A stretch of DNA of 64,000 nt from Takakia lepidozioides (taxonomy: Eukaryota > Plantae > Bryophyta). The position numbers and the translations under genes are program-made. The notes under the pieces were generated by a model. It made no database searches, was not told where the DNA came from, and saw only the letters and a program-made list of their open reading frames with translations. The stretch covers positions 53,940,001 through 54,004,000 of the forward strand of contig CM060731.1 in the NCBI GenBank assembly GCA_030704615.1. Direction: 5' to 3'. This document shows, one piece after another, positions 1 through 12,079 of the stretch; position 1 is the stretch's first letter, and every line of letters begins with the position of its first letter.

Positions 1-294
1 CTCGCCTGGTCCAGCCACAAGCGCACAGGGAGGTGGGACCTCCAATCCGGCGAGTGCCTTGAACGTTCAAGTAGACGTAGTGTTGACTGCTGACATGCGC
101 AAGCAAGCGCTTTTGTCTTTAACGACAAGCGCGATGAACCACACTATGAGCTCCATTGCGCACTTGCTGAAGAATGGGGCTCCTCCACGAATCCCGTTGT
201 GTAGGATGAAGCCACTTCCGGCTGTTCGAATGGCAGAGCGACCGGCATCAACAAGCTGAAGCTATTCTTCGAAGCAGATAGGTACAACGACGCC

Positions 295-1960
295 TTGGCC
301 TCGCTGCATGGTGACATCTTCAGAGCTGGAATTGTACCAAATGTCATTCTGAGGCATACCCTGGTGGACATGTATGCAAAGTGGGTGCATCGAGCCCTGG
401 ACAAGGGCAAAGAGGTGCATGGCAATATCATCAAAGCTGGAATTGTACCAAATGTCATTCTGAACACTGCCCTGGCAGCTCTGGAAAAGGGGAAAGAGGT
501 CCATGGTGACATCTTCAGAGCTGGAATTGTACCAAATGTCATTCTGAACCATACCCTGGTGGACATGTATGCAAAGTGGGTGCATCGAGCCCTGGACAAG
601 GGCTAAGAGGTGCATGGCGATATCATCAAAGCTGGAATTGTACCAAATGTCATTCTGAACACTGCCCTGGCAGCTCTGGAAAAGGGGAAAGAGGCCAAGG
701 TGACATCTTCAGAGCTGGAATTGTACCAAATGTCATTCTGAACCATACCCTGGTGGACATGTATGCAAAGTGGGTGCATCGAGCCCTGGACAAGGGCAAA
801 GAGGTGCATGGCGATATCATCAAAGCTGGAATTGTACCAAATGTCATTCTGCACACTGCCCTGGCAACTCTGGAAAAGGGGAAAGAGGTCCATGGTGACA
901 TCTTCAGAGCTGGAATTGTACCAAATGTCATTCTGAACCATACCCTGGTGGACATGTATGCAAAGTGGGTGCATCGAGCCCTGGACAAGGGCAAAGAGGT
1001 GCATGGCGATATCACCAAAGCTGGAATTGTACCAAATGTCATTCTGAACACTGCCCTGGCAGCTCTGGAAAAGGGGAAAGAGGTCCATGGTGACATCTTC
1101 AGAGCTGGAATTGTACCAAATGTCATTCTGAACCATACCCTGGTGGACATGTATGCAAAGTGGGTGCATCGAGCCCTGGACAAGGGCAAAGAGGTGCATG
1201 GCGATATCATCAAAGCTGGAATTGTACCAAATGTCATTTTGAACACTGTCCTGGCAGCTCTGGAGAAGGGGAAAGAGGTCCATGGTGACATCTTCAGAGC
1301 TGGAATTGTACCAAATGTCATTCTGAACCATACCCTGGTGGACATGTATGCAAAGTGGGTGCATCGAGCCCTGGACAAGGGCAAAGAGGTGCATGGCAAT
1401 ATCATCAAAGCTGGAATTGTACCAAATGTCATTCTGAACACTGCCCTGGCAGCTCTGGAAAAGAGGAAAGAGGTCCATGGTGACATCTTCAGAGCTGGAA
1501 TTGTACCAAATGTCATTCTGAACCATACCCTGGTGGACATGTATGCAAAGTGGGTACATCGAGCCCTGGATAAGGGCAAAGAGGTGCATGGCGATATCAT
1601 CAAAGCTGGAATTGTACCAAATGTCATTTTGAACACTGCCCTGGCAGCTCTGGAGAAGGGGACAGAGGTCCATGGCGATATCTTCAGAGCTGGAATTGTA
1701 CCAAATGTCATTCTGAACAATACCCTAGTGGACATGTATGCAAAATGTGGGTGCATCGAGGATGCAAATGGAGTATTCAACACTACGGCTGAACGAGATG
1801 TGGTGTCGTGGAGTGCGTGCTTGCAGGGTATGCACAGCGGGGACGTGGGATGGAGGCTTTGGAGACCTTGAGCAAATGATGGGGGTAGGGGTGAAGCCCG
1901 GGAAAAGGGCGAAGAGGTGCATGGGGATATCATCAAAGTTGGAATTGTCCCAGAGTCATT
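295..1960 (+). pseudogene. PLS-class pentatricopeptide repeat (PPR) pseudogene
   Basis: PPR motifs LVDMYAKCGCIEDANGVFNTTAERDVVSW. Nonsense change (TAA at 604-606), a 1-bp deletion near 695 and further frameshifts after ~1820. Confidence 0.85.
307..1745 (+). repeat. Tandem array of a 195-bp unit derived from PLS-class PPR coding sequence (7 full copies plus a partial 8th)
   Basis: Unit starts (CATGGYGAYATCTTCAGAGCTGGA) at 307, 502, ~697, 891, 1086, 1281, 1476 and 1671. Each unit encodes 65 aa made of a 37-aa and a 28-aa sub-repeat, both containing GKEVHGDI.(K/R)AGIVPNVIL. Confidence 0.95.
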
Positions 1961-2224
1961 CTGATTACAACCGGTAACCAATCCATTCATTGGCTGCATT
2001 GTTGTGTCAAAAGTCCATGCGTAGACTAGAATCCACATGTTCAATGGTGGGCAGGGAAAACTATTCTTGCTGCCCAAAGCATGTGATAGTCACAAGCCTA
2101 GCAATTGTCTCTGAAAAATGATGGATGACTAATGCCTTGGTTACAACATCCACCCTTGTCAACTCTTGCGATGTTGCAATGAAATATACCCAACGGGCAT
2201 TGATTAGAAGTTAGTTTTACTTCC

Positions 2225-3630
2225 ATGTCAGCTGCTAGCAACAAGGCAAGGATGTATGCATGATTTGTGTAGAGTCATGGACAGCTGAAGAGCAGGGATA
2301 GAGTGGGGGTCCAGATTCATCTAAGAACGTCGGGTTTCAAGCTCCAGATTACCTATCATTCCATGTGGAAGGACAAGTACAAGAAACGGATGGTCAAGTG
2401 GAAGCCGCATCAGCAGCGGCACAATTGATAAAATCAGGCATTGTTAATGAAGGCACCTTCTTCAACACATTTCACCTGTTTTCCCCTCTTATCAGAGTTG
2501 GCACTCTATTTTCATGTTCAATAGCTACAATAAATCTGCATGGGTAGATGGTCAACTGGAAGCTGCAGCAGCAGCGGCGGAATTGATAAAATCAGGCACT
2601 GCTAATGAAGGCACCTTCTTCAACACATTTCACCCTGTTTTTCCTTCTTAACAGTAGCGGCTCTAAATTTTCATGTTGAATTTTGCAAGTTAGCTGGTTG
2701 AGTGAACCTTTGTAGTTTGGAGTGACTTTTGACATGATACTGCCAATGTGGCAACAGGAAAGAACCAGAAACAGGTAACGGAGACCACAAGAAGCTGTGG
2801 AGTGAATACTTTTCTGACCCCAGTCAACGGTGGGACAATCAAGGCAAAAAAGTGAATGCCTATTGGATTACAGAGAGGAGAAGATGCAATTGAGCATAGG
2901 AACTAGTGTGATAAGTTGAGTTGGGTGTTTCCTAGAACAATTCGAGGCTTTCATTATTAGCTGCTAGCAGCAAGGCAAGGGTGAATGCATGATTTTGGCA
3001 GAGGCATGGATAGCTGAAGGAGCAGGGATAGAGTGTGGGTCCAGATTCATCGAAGAGGGCTGGACTTCAAGCTCCTATGATTCCCTGTGGATCAATAGCT
3101 ACTAGCAACCTGCATGGATAGATGGTCAATTGGAAGCTGCAGCAGTAGCGGTGGAATTGATAAATCAGGTACTACTAATGAAGGCACCTTCTTCAACATA
3201 TTTCACCCTGTTTTTCCTTCTTATCATAATTGACCCTAAGTTTTCATGTTGAATTCTGTATGCTAGCTGGTTGAATGAACCTTTGATAGTTTGGAGTGAC
3301 TTGACATGATACTGCCAATGTGACAACATGAAAGCATCCAAAAACAGGTAACAGAGATGAGGAGAAGTTGCGGAATGAATACTTTTCTTACCCAGTCAAT
3401 GGTGGGACAATCCAGGCAAGAAGGTGAATGTCTGTCTGATTATAGAGAGTAGCAGATGCAATTGAGCATAGGACTAGTGCGATAAGTTGAGTTGGGTGTT
3501 TCCTAGAATAAATCTAGGCTGTCATCGTCAGCTGCTAGCAGCAAGGCAAGGATGTATGCATGATTTATGCATAGGCATGGATAGCTGAAGGAGCAGGGAT
3601 AGAGTGTGGGTCCAGATTCATCCAAGAGGG
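2225..3630 (+). repeat. Diverged tandem repeat of ~570-730 bp (about 2.2 copies) between PPR fragments
   Basis: AGCTGCTAGCA.CAAGGCAAGG...GGGTCCAGATTCATC recurs at ~2230, ~2959 and ~3530. AATGAAGGCACCTTCTTCAACA recurs at ~2447, ~2604 and ~3177. Confidence 0.85.
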
Positions 3631-3635
3631 CCAGA

Positions 3636-4030
3636 AAGAGGTCCATGGTGACATCGTCAAAGCTGGAATTGTACCGGATGTCATTCTGAACACTGCCCTG
3701 GTGACATGTATGCCAAATGTGGGTGCATTAAGGATGCGAAGGGAGTTTTCAACACTATGGCTGAACGAGATGTGGTGTCATGGAACGCGATGCTTGCAGG
3801 GTATGCACAACAAGGCGGACGTGGTATGGAGGCTTTGGAGACCTATGATCAAATGATGGGGGAAAGGGTGAAGCCTGACCACATCACATTTTTGTGCATT
3901 TGCGATGCATGTGCAAGCCTGACAGCTCTGGAAAGGGCATGGCAACATTGTCAGAGCTGGAATTTTACCAAATATCATTCTGAACAATACCCTTGTGGAC
4001 ATGTACATGCAAAATGTGGGTGCACCATAT
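3636..4030 (+). pseudogene. PLS-class PPR fragment
   Basis: MYAKCGCIKDAKGVFNTMAERDVVSWNAMLAGYAQQG..MEALETYDQMMGERVKPDHITFLCICDACASL, with frameshifts on both sides. Confidence 0.85.
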
Positions 4031-4435
4031 CCTGCTGATTTGTTGTTATGCTGGAACAGTAGCAAACGTAGAAAGGCATACGCATTTTACATCTGTTGCT
4101 ATCTTCAGTGCATATGTAGTGTCATTTGCACTTTGTCATACTATTGTTTGAGGAGCAGATTTTGGGACTCAGGTATTGTAAATTTGACTGGCAGCAGTTT
4201 AAGAGAAGCTCTTACATCTACTGCTGTCTTTATGTTCTTTCCTATGATTCTTGCCTGTGAATAAAACATTTATTTGCAGAGTCATTTTTTGTGTCTTTGT
4301 TCTTCCTTTTGTTCTTCTCTTTGTTTAGTATTGAATAATACTAACCCTAATCTCTACTAACCCTAATGAGATAAGCATAGTCGTGGCTCTGCCTGTCCAA
4401 TACATTTAAAAGTTCAAAACAACCCCTCATATGAC

Positions 4436-4640
4436 ACCACGTGTCCATATATCAGCATGTCATAGTCAAGATCATGACTGCAAGACCTCCTCAATACATG
4501 CCACGTGTCCACATATCAGGATGTTTGTAGTCATGACAATGACTGCAAGACCTCCTCATTATATGCCACGTATCCATATATTAGCATGGTTGTAGTCAAG
4601 ATAATGACTGCAGATCCTCCTCAAGGATATGCCACGTGGC
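4436..4640 (+). repeat. ~64-bp tandem repeat carrying CCACGTG/CCACGTA (G-box-like) cores
   Basis: CCACGT.TCCA.ATAT.AG.ATG...TAGTCA.GA..ATGACTGCA.GA.CTCCTCA occurs three times, followed by a final GCCACGTGGC. Confidence 0.8.
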
Positions 4641-4961
4641 AATTTCGGGAGACGCCAAATGGCGCACATCCACAAAACCTCCTGGACTTATTAGAAAGAG
4701 ACACGTGTACAGTTTGCAGCAGCACACTAAGTCATGTATGGTAGAAGTATGTATGACTGCCACATGACAGTAAGATGTATCACTTGGTTCATCTGACGCA
4801 GTCATCCATGACCGACCATACTGTACTCATTGTATTGACTTGGTTTGCACGACTTAAAGTCATAGAAGTCATATGTACCGTTTATGACTACGGGATAGTC
4901 ATATATACAGTCATATATACCGCGATCTGTTGTAGTGCATCCAACTGGGAAATAACCGTGC

Positions 4962-5612
4962 GTGCTAGAGGCATACGGGACCCAGTCCAAAGGGAGTTTT
5001 TTTGCTGGAACTTGGGAGGGCATTGGAGCTGTTACCTGTACCAGACAAAGATTCTTCCGACTGCCTGAGGATCCGTGGGTGCCAGCGGAATACAATCGTG
5101 AACCGATTGGGAGAGACCTATTTCTGAGGGAGTTGGAGGACGTTAGCATCCATTGGGATGATATGAATGAGAGGTATTGGGTGCCTCGTCGAGATGAAGG
5201 GCCATTTCCTCCAGAGTTGCGCAGAGACCCCCAACAGGAGGAGCTGTTGGACAATTTCAAGGCTGCCATCAGGAGTGTGGTATTGGCAGAATACAGGCGT
5301 GACCAAGTTGCACCTATTCCAGGGGTGTTCTTGCCACTTCCAAACATATCGGATTTAATTGAAAAATTGCATGAAGCCGTAGCAAGAGCGACAAACCCGT
5401 CTCTGGCAAATGTGGAAGAGAGTCAGCACTCGCCTAGAACGCTATGCATGATGGCAAGGGTGGACCACACAACACTAGGTCTCTCTTTGACCACTCAAGC
5501 CCAGGCTCGAGCTCTCCGTACTGGTGGAGGCACGTCATCTACACCCGGAGCATCTTCATCAACATCAGGAGATGACGACAACGAAGTAATTAATCTAGAT
5601 GAAGATGACTAG
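4962..5612 (+). CDS. Orphan ORF (216 codons, no ATG at the 5' end) with acidic Ser/Gly-rich tail; probably TE-associated
   Basis: Long uninterrupted frame with protein-like composition inside an AT-rich repeat region; no recognisable domain. Confidence 0.4.
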   Translation: MLEAYGTQSKGSFFAGTWEGIGAVTCTRQRFFRLPEDPWVPAEYNREPIGRDLFLRELEDVSIHWDDMNERYWVPRRDEGPFPPELRRDPQQEELLDNFKAAIRSVVLAEYRRDQVAPIPGVFLPLPNISDLIEKLHEAVARATNPSLANVEESQHSPRTLCMMARVDHTTLGLSLTTQAQARALRTGGGTSSTPGASSSTSGDDDNEVINLDEDD

Positions 5613-5699
5613 AAAGGCTAGAAACGTAGGGAGTAGGCCAAAGGTCTCAGGTTGCGAAAACTTAAATGTGCAACCCACTGTATTGTCTATGTAATTTTT

Positions 5700-8600
5700 G
5701 GAAATACAAGGTTCATCCTTTGAACCATTTTTGAATGACCTCATACTTGTTTGGTACCTGTTCGACGGCATGTACAATATACTGGCAAAGTTTCAAAACA
5801 ATCAAAAATTGCTGAATGAAGATACCATTTGGTTCACCCATTGCAATATTTTAAATCGAACTCATACTTGTCTGGTACCTTCAAGAGGACATGTAAAATG
5901 CAATGGCAAAGTTTGAAAGCAATCAAAAATCGGCACATCAAGTAACCATTGGTTCATCCTATGAACCATTTTTTATTGATCTCATACTTGTCCGGTCCAT
6001 GTAAGAGGGCATGTAGAACATACTGGCAAAATTTCAAATCATTCAAATGTTTTTTGATCAAGGAACCTTTGGTTTATCCTTTTCACCATTAACGATTAAT
6101 CACGAATAAATGAACAGACGAATAAATCATTTGCCTCATCGACGCGGTCACCCCTCAAGCCATTCCAGAATGTAATTGAATTTAAATTATTTTTAAACCA
6201 ATAAATAGGTTTGCACTGCCTTTCATTGGGGGTTTCTGGCACGCATCGATTTTGTTTTTGGCTCAATTTTGTTCTACGGCTTCAAGCATCCCACTGCTAC
6301 TCCCCCGCCAAAATTTGGACCAATAAAAAATGCCCCAAAAAAAAAAGTGTTCTTTTTCACTCACTATTGCAGAACTCTCTATGAAGAGTACATGAAGTAG
6401 AGCACAAATCAAGTTTGGAGTGCAAAACAGGCAAGAAATTGTGGTTTTGGGTCCAAATGAATTTTGATCGCTCCCAAATTTGGCACGCACGTTGCATATG
6501 GAGTCATTACACGCCCCATTCAAAAACTGAATGAAACAAAAACATGAACACGCGAAATGCAGTCCAACAGGTCGCAAAGTAATAGTAGATCCAACGAAAT
6601 TCATTCAATAGGTGAACGGATGGTTGCCCATCCAAATCATTTTTGTTTACTTCCAAACTTTCCAGTACGTTCGAGACACCCTCTCACAGGTCCCGGACTA
6701 ATATCAGATCAATCGAAATTCATTCGATGGCTCAATGGATACCATGGAAGAGGCCCCAAAGTAATATGAGATCAATCGAAATTTGTTCAATGGGCCAACG
6801 GATGGTTGCCCATCCAAATGATTTTTATTCGCTTTGAGACTTGGCCAGTGTGTTCAATGTACCCTCTGATAGGTCCCAGTGTAATATGAAATCAATCGAA
6901 ATTTGTTCGATGGGCCAATGAGGCGTTCAGTTGTCATCTGGTTTTTCTTCATTGCGAAAAAGAAATCCTGCAATGCGTGCACGACTATTGCACCCATTGA
7001 ACGGATGTGGTTAAAGCCCTTCTTTTGCCTGTATGTGCTTGAACATGTGTGCGACACATGTGCGGAGACACAACAGATGAATAAATCATTTGCCTCCCCA
7101 TCGACGCCAAGCCATTCAAGAATTTAATTGAATTTAAATTATTTTTAAACCAATAAATAGTTTGCACTGCCTTTCATTGGGGGTTTCTGGCACGTATTGA
7201 TTTTGTTTTTGGCTCAATTTTGTTCTGCGGCTTCAAGCATCCCACTAATACTCCCCCGCAAAAATTTGGACCAATAAAAAATGCCCCAAAAAAAAAAGTG
7301 TTCTCTTCGCTCACTATTGCAGAACTCTCTATGAAGAGTGCATAAAGTAGAGCACAAATCAAGTTTGGAGTGCAAAACAGGCAAGAAATTGTGGTTTTGG
7401 GTCCAAATGAATTTTGATCGCTCCCAAATTTGGCACGCACGTTGCATATGGAGTCATTACACGCCCCATTCAAAAACTGAATGAAAAAAAAACATGAGCA
7501 CGCGAAAACGCATTCCAACAGGTCCCAAATTAATAGTAGATCCAACAGAATTCATTCAATGGATGAACGGATGGTTGCCCATCCAAATCATTTTTGTTTG
7601 CTTCCAAACTTTGCTAGTACGTTCAAAACACCCTCTCACAAGTCCCGCACTAATATCAGATCAATCGAAATTCATTCGATGGCTCAACGGATGGTTGGCC
7701 ATCAAAATGATTTTGGTTCGCTTTGAAACCTGGCCAGTATGTTCAATGTACCATGGAAGAGGCCCCAAAGTAATATGAGATCAATCGAAATTCGTTCAAT
7801 GGGCCAACGGATGGTTGCCCATCCAAATGATTTTCGTTCGCTTTGAGACTTAGCCAGTGTATTCAATGTACCCTCTGATAGGTCCCAGTGTAATATGAGA
7901 TCAATCGTTAACGATTAATCATGAATCCAACAGGGGAATTGTTGGTTCACCCTTTGAACCATTTTACATTGACATCATATTTGTCCAGTAACTTTAAGAG
8001 GTCATGTACAAGACACTCGCAAAGTTTCAAATCAATCTAAAACCATTTGGCAGGGGAATGATTGGTTCACCCATAGCCAATTTCAGGGGCTGAAATTGCC
8101 ATTTCAGGGGCTGCACTAGCAATTGCCATTTCACAGGCTACAATTGCAATTTGAGGGGCTGGAATTGCCATTTCAGGGGCTATAATTGCAATTTGAGGGG
8201 TTGGAATTGACAATTTCAAGGGCTCAAATTACAATTTGAGGGGCGGCCGGAGTTGGTCATTTTAGGGACTGACATTACCAATTTTAAGGGCTTGAATTGC
8301 ATTTTGAATTGTAATTCAAGGGTTAGAATGGGCCATTGGGGGGCTAGAATTACCAAAGCAATGACATCCAAAGCAATATAAAATCATTTGATAGCGGAAT
8401 AATTGGTTCACCATTTCAACCATTTTTTATTCACGTCATACTTGTCCGGTACTTGTAAGAGGGCATGTGGCAGACACTTGCAAACCTTCGAAGCAATGTA
8501 AAATCATTTGATAGGGGAACAATTGGTTCACCCTTTCAACCATATTTTACTGACCTCATACTTGTTCGGTACCTTTAAGATGGCATGTGAAAGACACTTG

Positions 8601-9640
8601 TAAAGCTTCAAAGCACTAAAAAAACATTTGATATGTTCATGATTGATTCACCCTTTCAACCATTTTAGATTGACTTGAAACTTGTGAAAGACCTGTAAGA
8701 GGGCATGTACAAGACACTTGCAAAGTTTCAAATCAATTTAAAATCATTTGGTAGGGGGACGATTGGTTCACACTTTAAACCATTTTAGATTGATGTCATA
8801 CTTCTCAAAGACGTGTAAGAGGGCATGTAGAAGACACTTGCAAAGTTTCGGAGAAATAAAATATCATTTCATCGGGGAAATTTCCGTTCACCCTTTCATC
8901 CAATTTTGAATTGAACTGGATTTTTACTAAATAAAATGATTTAGAGGGCATAAGATTGTGGATTTGTGGGACACAATGATTTTGTTTTTGGCTTGATTTT
9001 GTTCTGTGAGTTGAACCCTCACACCACTACATCATTGCCAAAAAATGTACCAAAATATTTGAAAAAAAACGTTCATCCTTTGCGCTATGCTCACTATTGC
9101 ATAACTCTCTATGAAGAGTGCATGAAGTTGAAGATAACTTCACCTTGGAGTGCAAATGAGGGAATAAAATGTGTTTTGGATGCAGACGATGTCTGTTCAT
9201 GGTGATATTTTGCATGCTGACTCTTCATGTTGTTATCAAGCATATGGCTTCAAAATGAAATTAAAAACAATTCATGTGCAGGCGAAAGGTTGTTTCTCGT
9301 CTATACGACACATACCTCCATTATGAATTTGAATAACCCATTCAAACAACTTTGTTGAAGTTCAACTTTGGTCCACATGTGCTTAAGTACCTACAAATCA
9401 CACACACAAAGTTGCAAGCGAAGAAAAAATCATTTGCTCCCCGAACGACTCGTTAAACCTTTCAACCAATTTTCAATCATGAATCATTTAATAGGGGAAC
9501 TATTGGTTCACCCTTAGAACCATTTTATATTGACCTCATACTTGTCCGGTAACTTAAAAAAGGCATGTACAAGACACTCCCAAAGTTTCAAATCAATCTA
9601 AAATCATTTGGCAGGGGAACGATTGGTTCACCCATTGACC
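5700..9640. repeat. ~120-bp repeat family present in both orientations, plus a ~960-bp tandem duplication
   Basis: Forward units (GGTTCACCCTTT.AACCATTTT...CATACTTGT...GAGGGCATGTA) at 5700-6090, 7930-8075, 8380-8900 and 9480-9640. Reverse-complement-like units at 6580-6915 and 7530-7910. Segment 6121-7079 is duplicated from 7080 to ~7910. Confidence 0.85.
8075..8360 (+). repeat. ~21-bp minisatellite (ATTTSAGGGGCT..AATTGCM)
   Basis: About ten degenerate copies are visible. Confidence 0.75.
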
Positions 9641-9803
9641 CGGTGTACACTGTCACTCTTCAAGATTCGCGGATGTGGTGCTTGATTATCCCATATGATG
9701 GACCCAGGTGCCATGGCCAAGTAACAAACCATTAAAACATTATGGTACGAGACAAACACAATTGAAAACAACATTTATTCAAATATGATGTACAGTCAGA
9801 GGT

Positions 9804-10503
9804 CTATAAGTTTCTATCTATCCTCCAACAATTTTTGGGCTCAGGCCAATTGAATAGCCCCGTCATGAAACGCTTCACAACATTTTCTAGTTTGTACCGC
9901 AACTCTACTGTGTTTACACACAAGTTTTCCAGAGCCGAAGCAAAACATGTTCCAGTAGACATATCGTTGAATAGGCTTGCATCGAACGTGTTACCCCCAT
10001 TTATTGCCTGGGCTATCTTCCCAATTGCAAAGGTCTCTGATGACACGGTTAGAGAGGGCCTACGAGGTGTGCCATCTGACTGGTTGTTGGCTACATTATG
10101 AACAATCGCAACTTCAGGTGCAATCCACCATCTATGTATGAGAGTCTTTATCATCTTGTCTCTGCTCTCGAAAATGTACAACGTGGTTTTTGGGTCATCC
10201 GTCGTGGAGGCCATCCCCCAATCGCATACCCCGATGTACACATCTTCAGACCCTTATGGAAAATGCAACAAGATGTTGTCAGGGGACATGTCGTTGTGCA
10301 AGAGGTGGTGATTATGGACGTTGAGCATGATGTGCAAAAGCGCCCATGCCAATTGGGTGCGATTCTGTCGGAATCGAACTAGTCGGTTGACCTCCTGCAT
10401 TTCTTGCTCCGTCCCCCGTTGTTCCATTAACTCGATCATTCCCCCATTTCCTGTCAATACTCAACCTTGATTGTATGGTCCCCCCATTCCACCAATAGAA
10501 TAA
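9804..10503 (-). pseudogene. Protein kinase C-lobe pseudogene fragment
   Basis: YWWNGGT ... LLHNDMSPDNILLHFP* ... YIGVCDWGMAS ... WWIAPE: catalytic HxDxxxxN loop, DWG in place of DFG, and APE. In-frame stop at 10254-10256 and a frameshift near 10457. Confidence 0.8.
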
Positions 10504-10599
10504 CAGAATAGAATCCAAGACAGTAAGTGTTGGAACAGAGTCAACAAAGTCCAGCCATGATAAAGGGTGACATACCACATTTCACTACGTCTCCGCAAG

Positions 10600-11250
10600 C
10601 ATGCTTAAAGCCAAGAACTACTTTCCTGCCTTTTGATCAGTGATAGACCATCTATCCATGCAGGTTTCCTGTAGCTATTGATCCACAGGGAATCATAGGT
10701 AACCTTATGCTTGAAATATAGCCCTCTTCGATAAATGTGGACCCGCACACTATCTCTGCTCCTTCAGCTATCCATGCATCTACACAAAACATGTATTCAT
10801 CCTTGGCTTGCTGACAATGACAACCTAGAGTTGTTCCAGCAAACACCCCAACCCTACTTATCACACTATCCTATGCTCAATTGCATCTGCTACTCTCTAT
10901 AATCCAACAGGCATTCACCTTCTTGCCTCGATTGTCCCACCATTGACTGGGGTCAGAAAAGTATTTATTCCACAGCTTCTCCTCATCTCTGTTACCTGTT
11001 TCTGGATACTTTCATGTTGTCACATTGACAGTATCATGTCAGTCACTCCAAACTATCAAAGGTTCACTCAACCAGCTAACTTGCAGAATTCAACATGGCC
11101 AATTTTCTGATAAGAGGGGAAAACAGGGTGGAATGTATTGAAGAATGTGCCTTCATTAGCAGTGAAGAATTTATTCAATTGTGGCGCTGCTGCTGCAGCT
11201 TCCAGTTGACCATCTACCCATGCAGGTTGGTAGTAGCTATTGATCCACAA
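10600..11250 (-). repeat. Inverted copy of the PPR-associated ~570-bp repeat at 2950-3630
   Basis: The reverse complement matches GGTGGGACAATC.AGGCAAGAAGGTGAATG and GATAGCTGAAGGAGCAG of the + strand block. Confidence 0.85.
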
Positions 11251-11269
11251 ATAATCATAGATAATCTGG

Positions 11270-12075
11270 AGCGTGCACACAAACGTTATGTGGTCAGGCT
11301 TCATCCCTTCCCCCATTATTTGCTCATAGGTCTCCAAAGCCTCCATCCCGTGCCCCTACTGTGCACATCCTGCAAGCATCATGACACCACATCTCGTCCA
11401 GCCATAGTGTTGAACACTCCCTCCGCACCCTCAAGGCTCCCACGAGGGTATTGTTCAGAATCACATCTGGTACAATTCCAGCTTTGGTGATGCAAGCACC
11501 TCTTTGCCCTTTTCCATGGCTGCCAGGCTTGCACACACACTGCAAACGCACAAAAACGTGATGTGGTTGGGCTTCACTCCTTCCCCCATTATTTGCTCAT
11601 AGGTCTCCAAAGCCTCCATCTCACGCCCCTGTTGTGCACACCCTGCAAGCATCGCACTCCACGACACCACATCTGGTTCAGCCATAGTGTTGAAAACTCC
11701 CTTGGCATCCAGCTCAATCCTCCCACATTTGGCATACATGTTCACCAGAGCAGTGTTCAGGATGACATCTGGTACAATTGCAGATTTGATTATGTCACCA
11801 TTGATCTCTTTGCCCTTTTCTAGGGCTACCAGACGCACTCCAAATCGCACACAAACGTTATGTCGGCGGTGCAAATCACCCCTTCCCCCATCATTTGCTC
11901 ATAGATCTCCAAAGCCTCCATCCCACATCTCTGTTGTCCATACCCTGCGAGCATCACACTCCACGACATCACATCTCGTTCAGCCATAGTGTTGAACACT
12001 CTCTTGGCATCCTTGATGCACCCACATTTGGCCTACATGTCCACCAGAGCAGAGACAGTGTTCATAATGACATCT
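11270..12075 (-). pseudogene. PLS-class PPR pseudogene (three degenerate motif groups)
   Basis: LEKGKEINGDIIKSAIVPDVILNTALVNMYAKCG..DAKGVFNTMAEPDVVSWSAMLAGCAQQGREMEALETYEQIMGEGVKPNHITF; several frameshifts. Confidence 0.85.
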
Positions 12076-12079
12076 GATA

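Larger units (their letters stand above)
4351..10503 (+). mobile_element. Putative Helitron-like (or other large DNA) transposon region with internal tandem arrays, an orphan ORF and a kinase pseudogene
   Basis: A|TCTCTACTA at 4350/4351 matches plant Helitron 5' termini and is followed by nested AT-rich tandem arrays. No Rep/helicase and no 3' CTRR end were identified. Confidence 0.45.

Noticed and set aside
603-2077. Long minus-strand ORFs (356 and 475 aa)
   Set aside because: Antisense shadows of the in-frame PPR tandem array.
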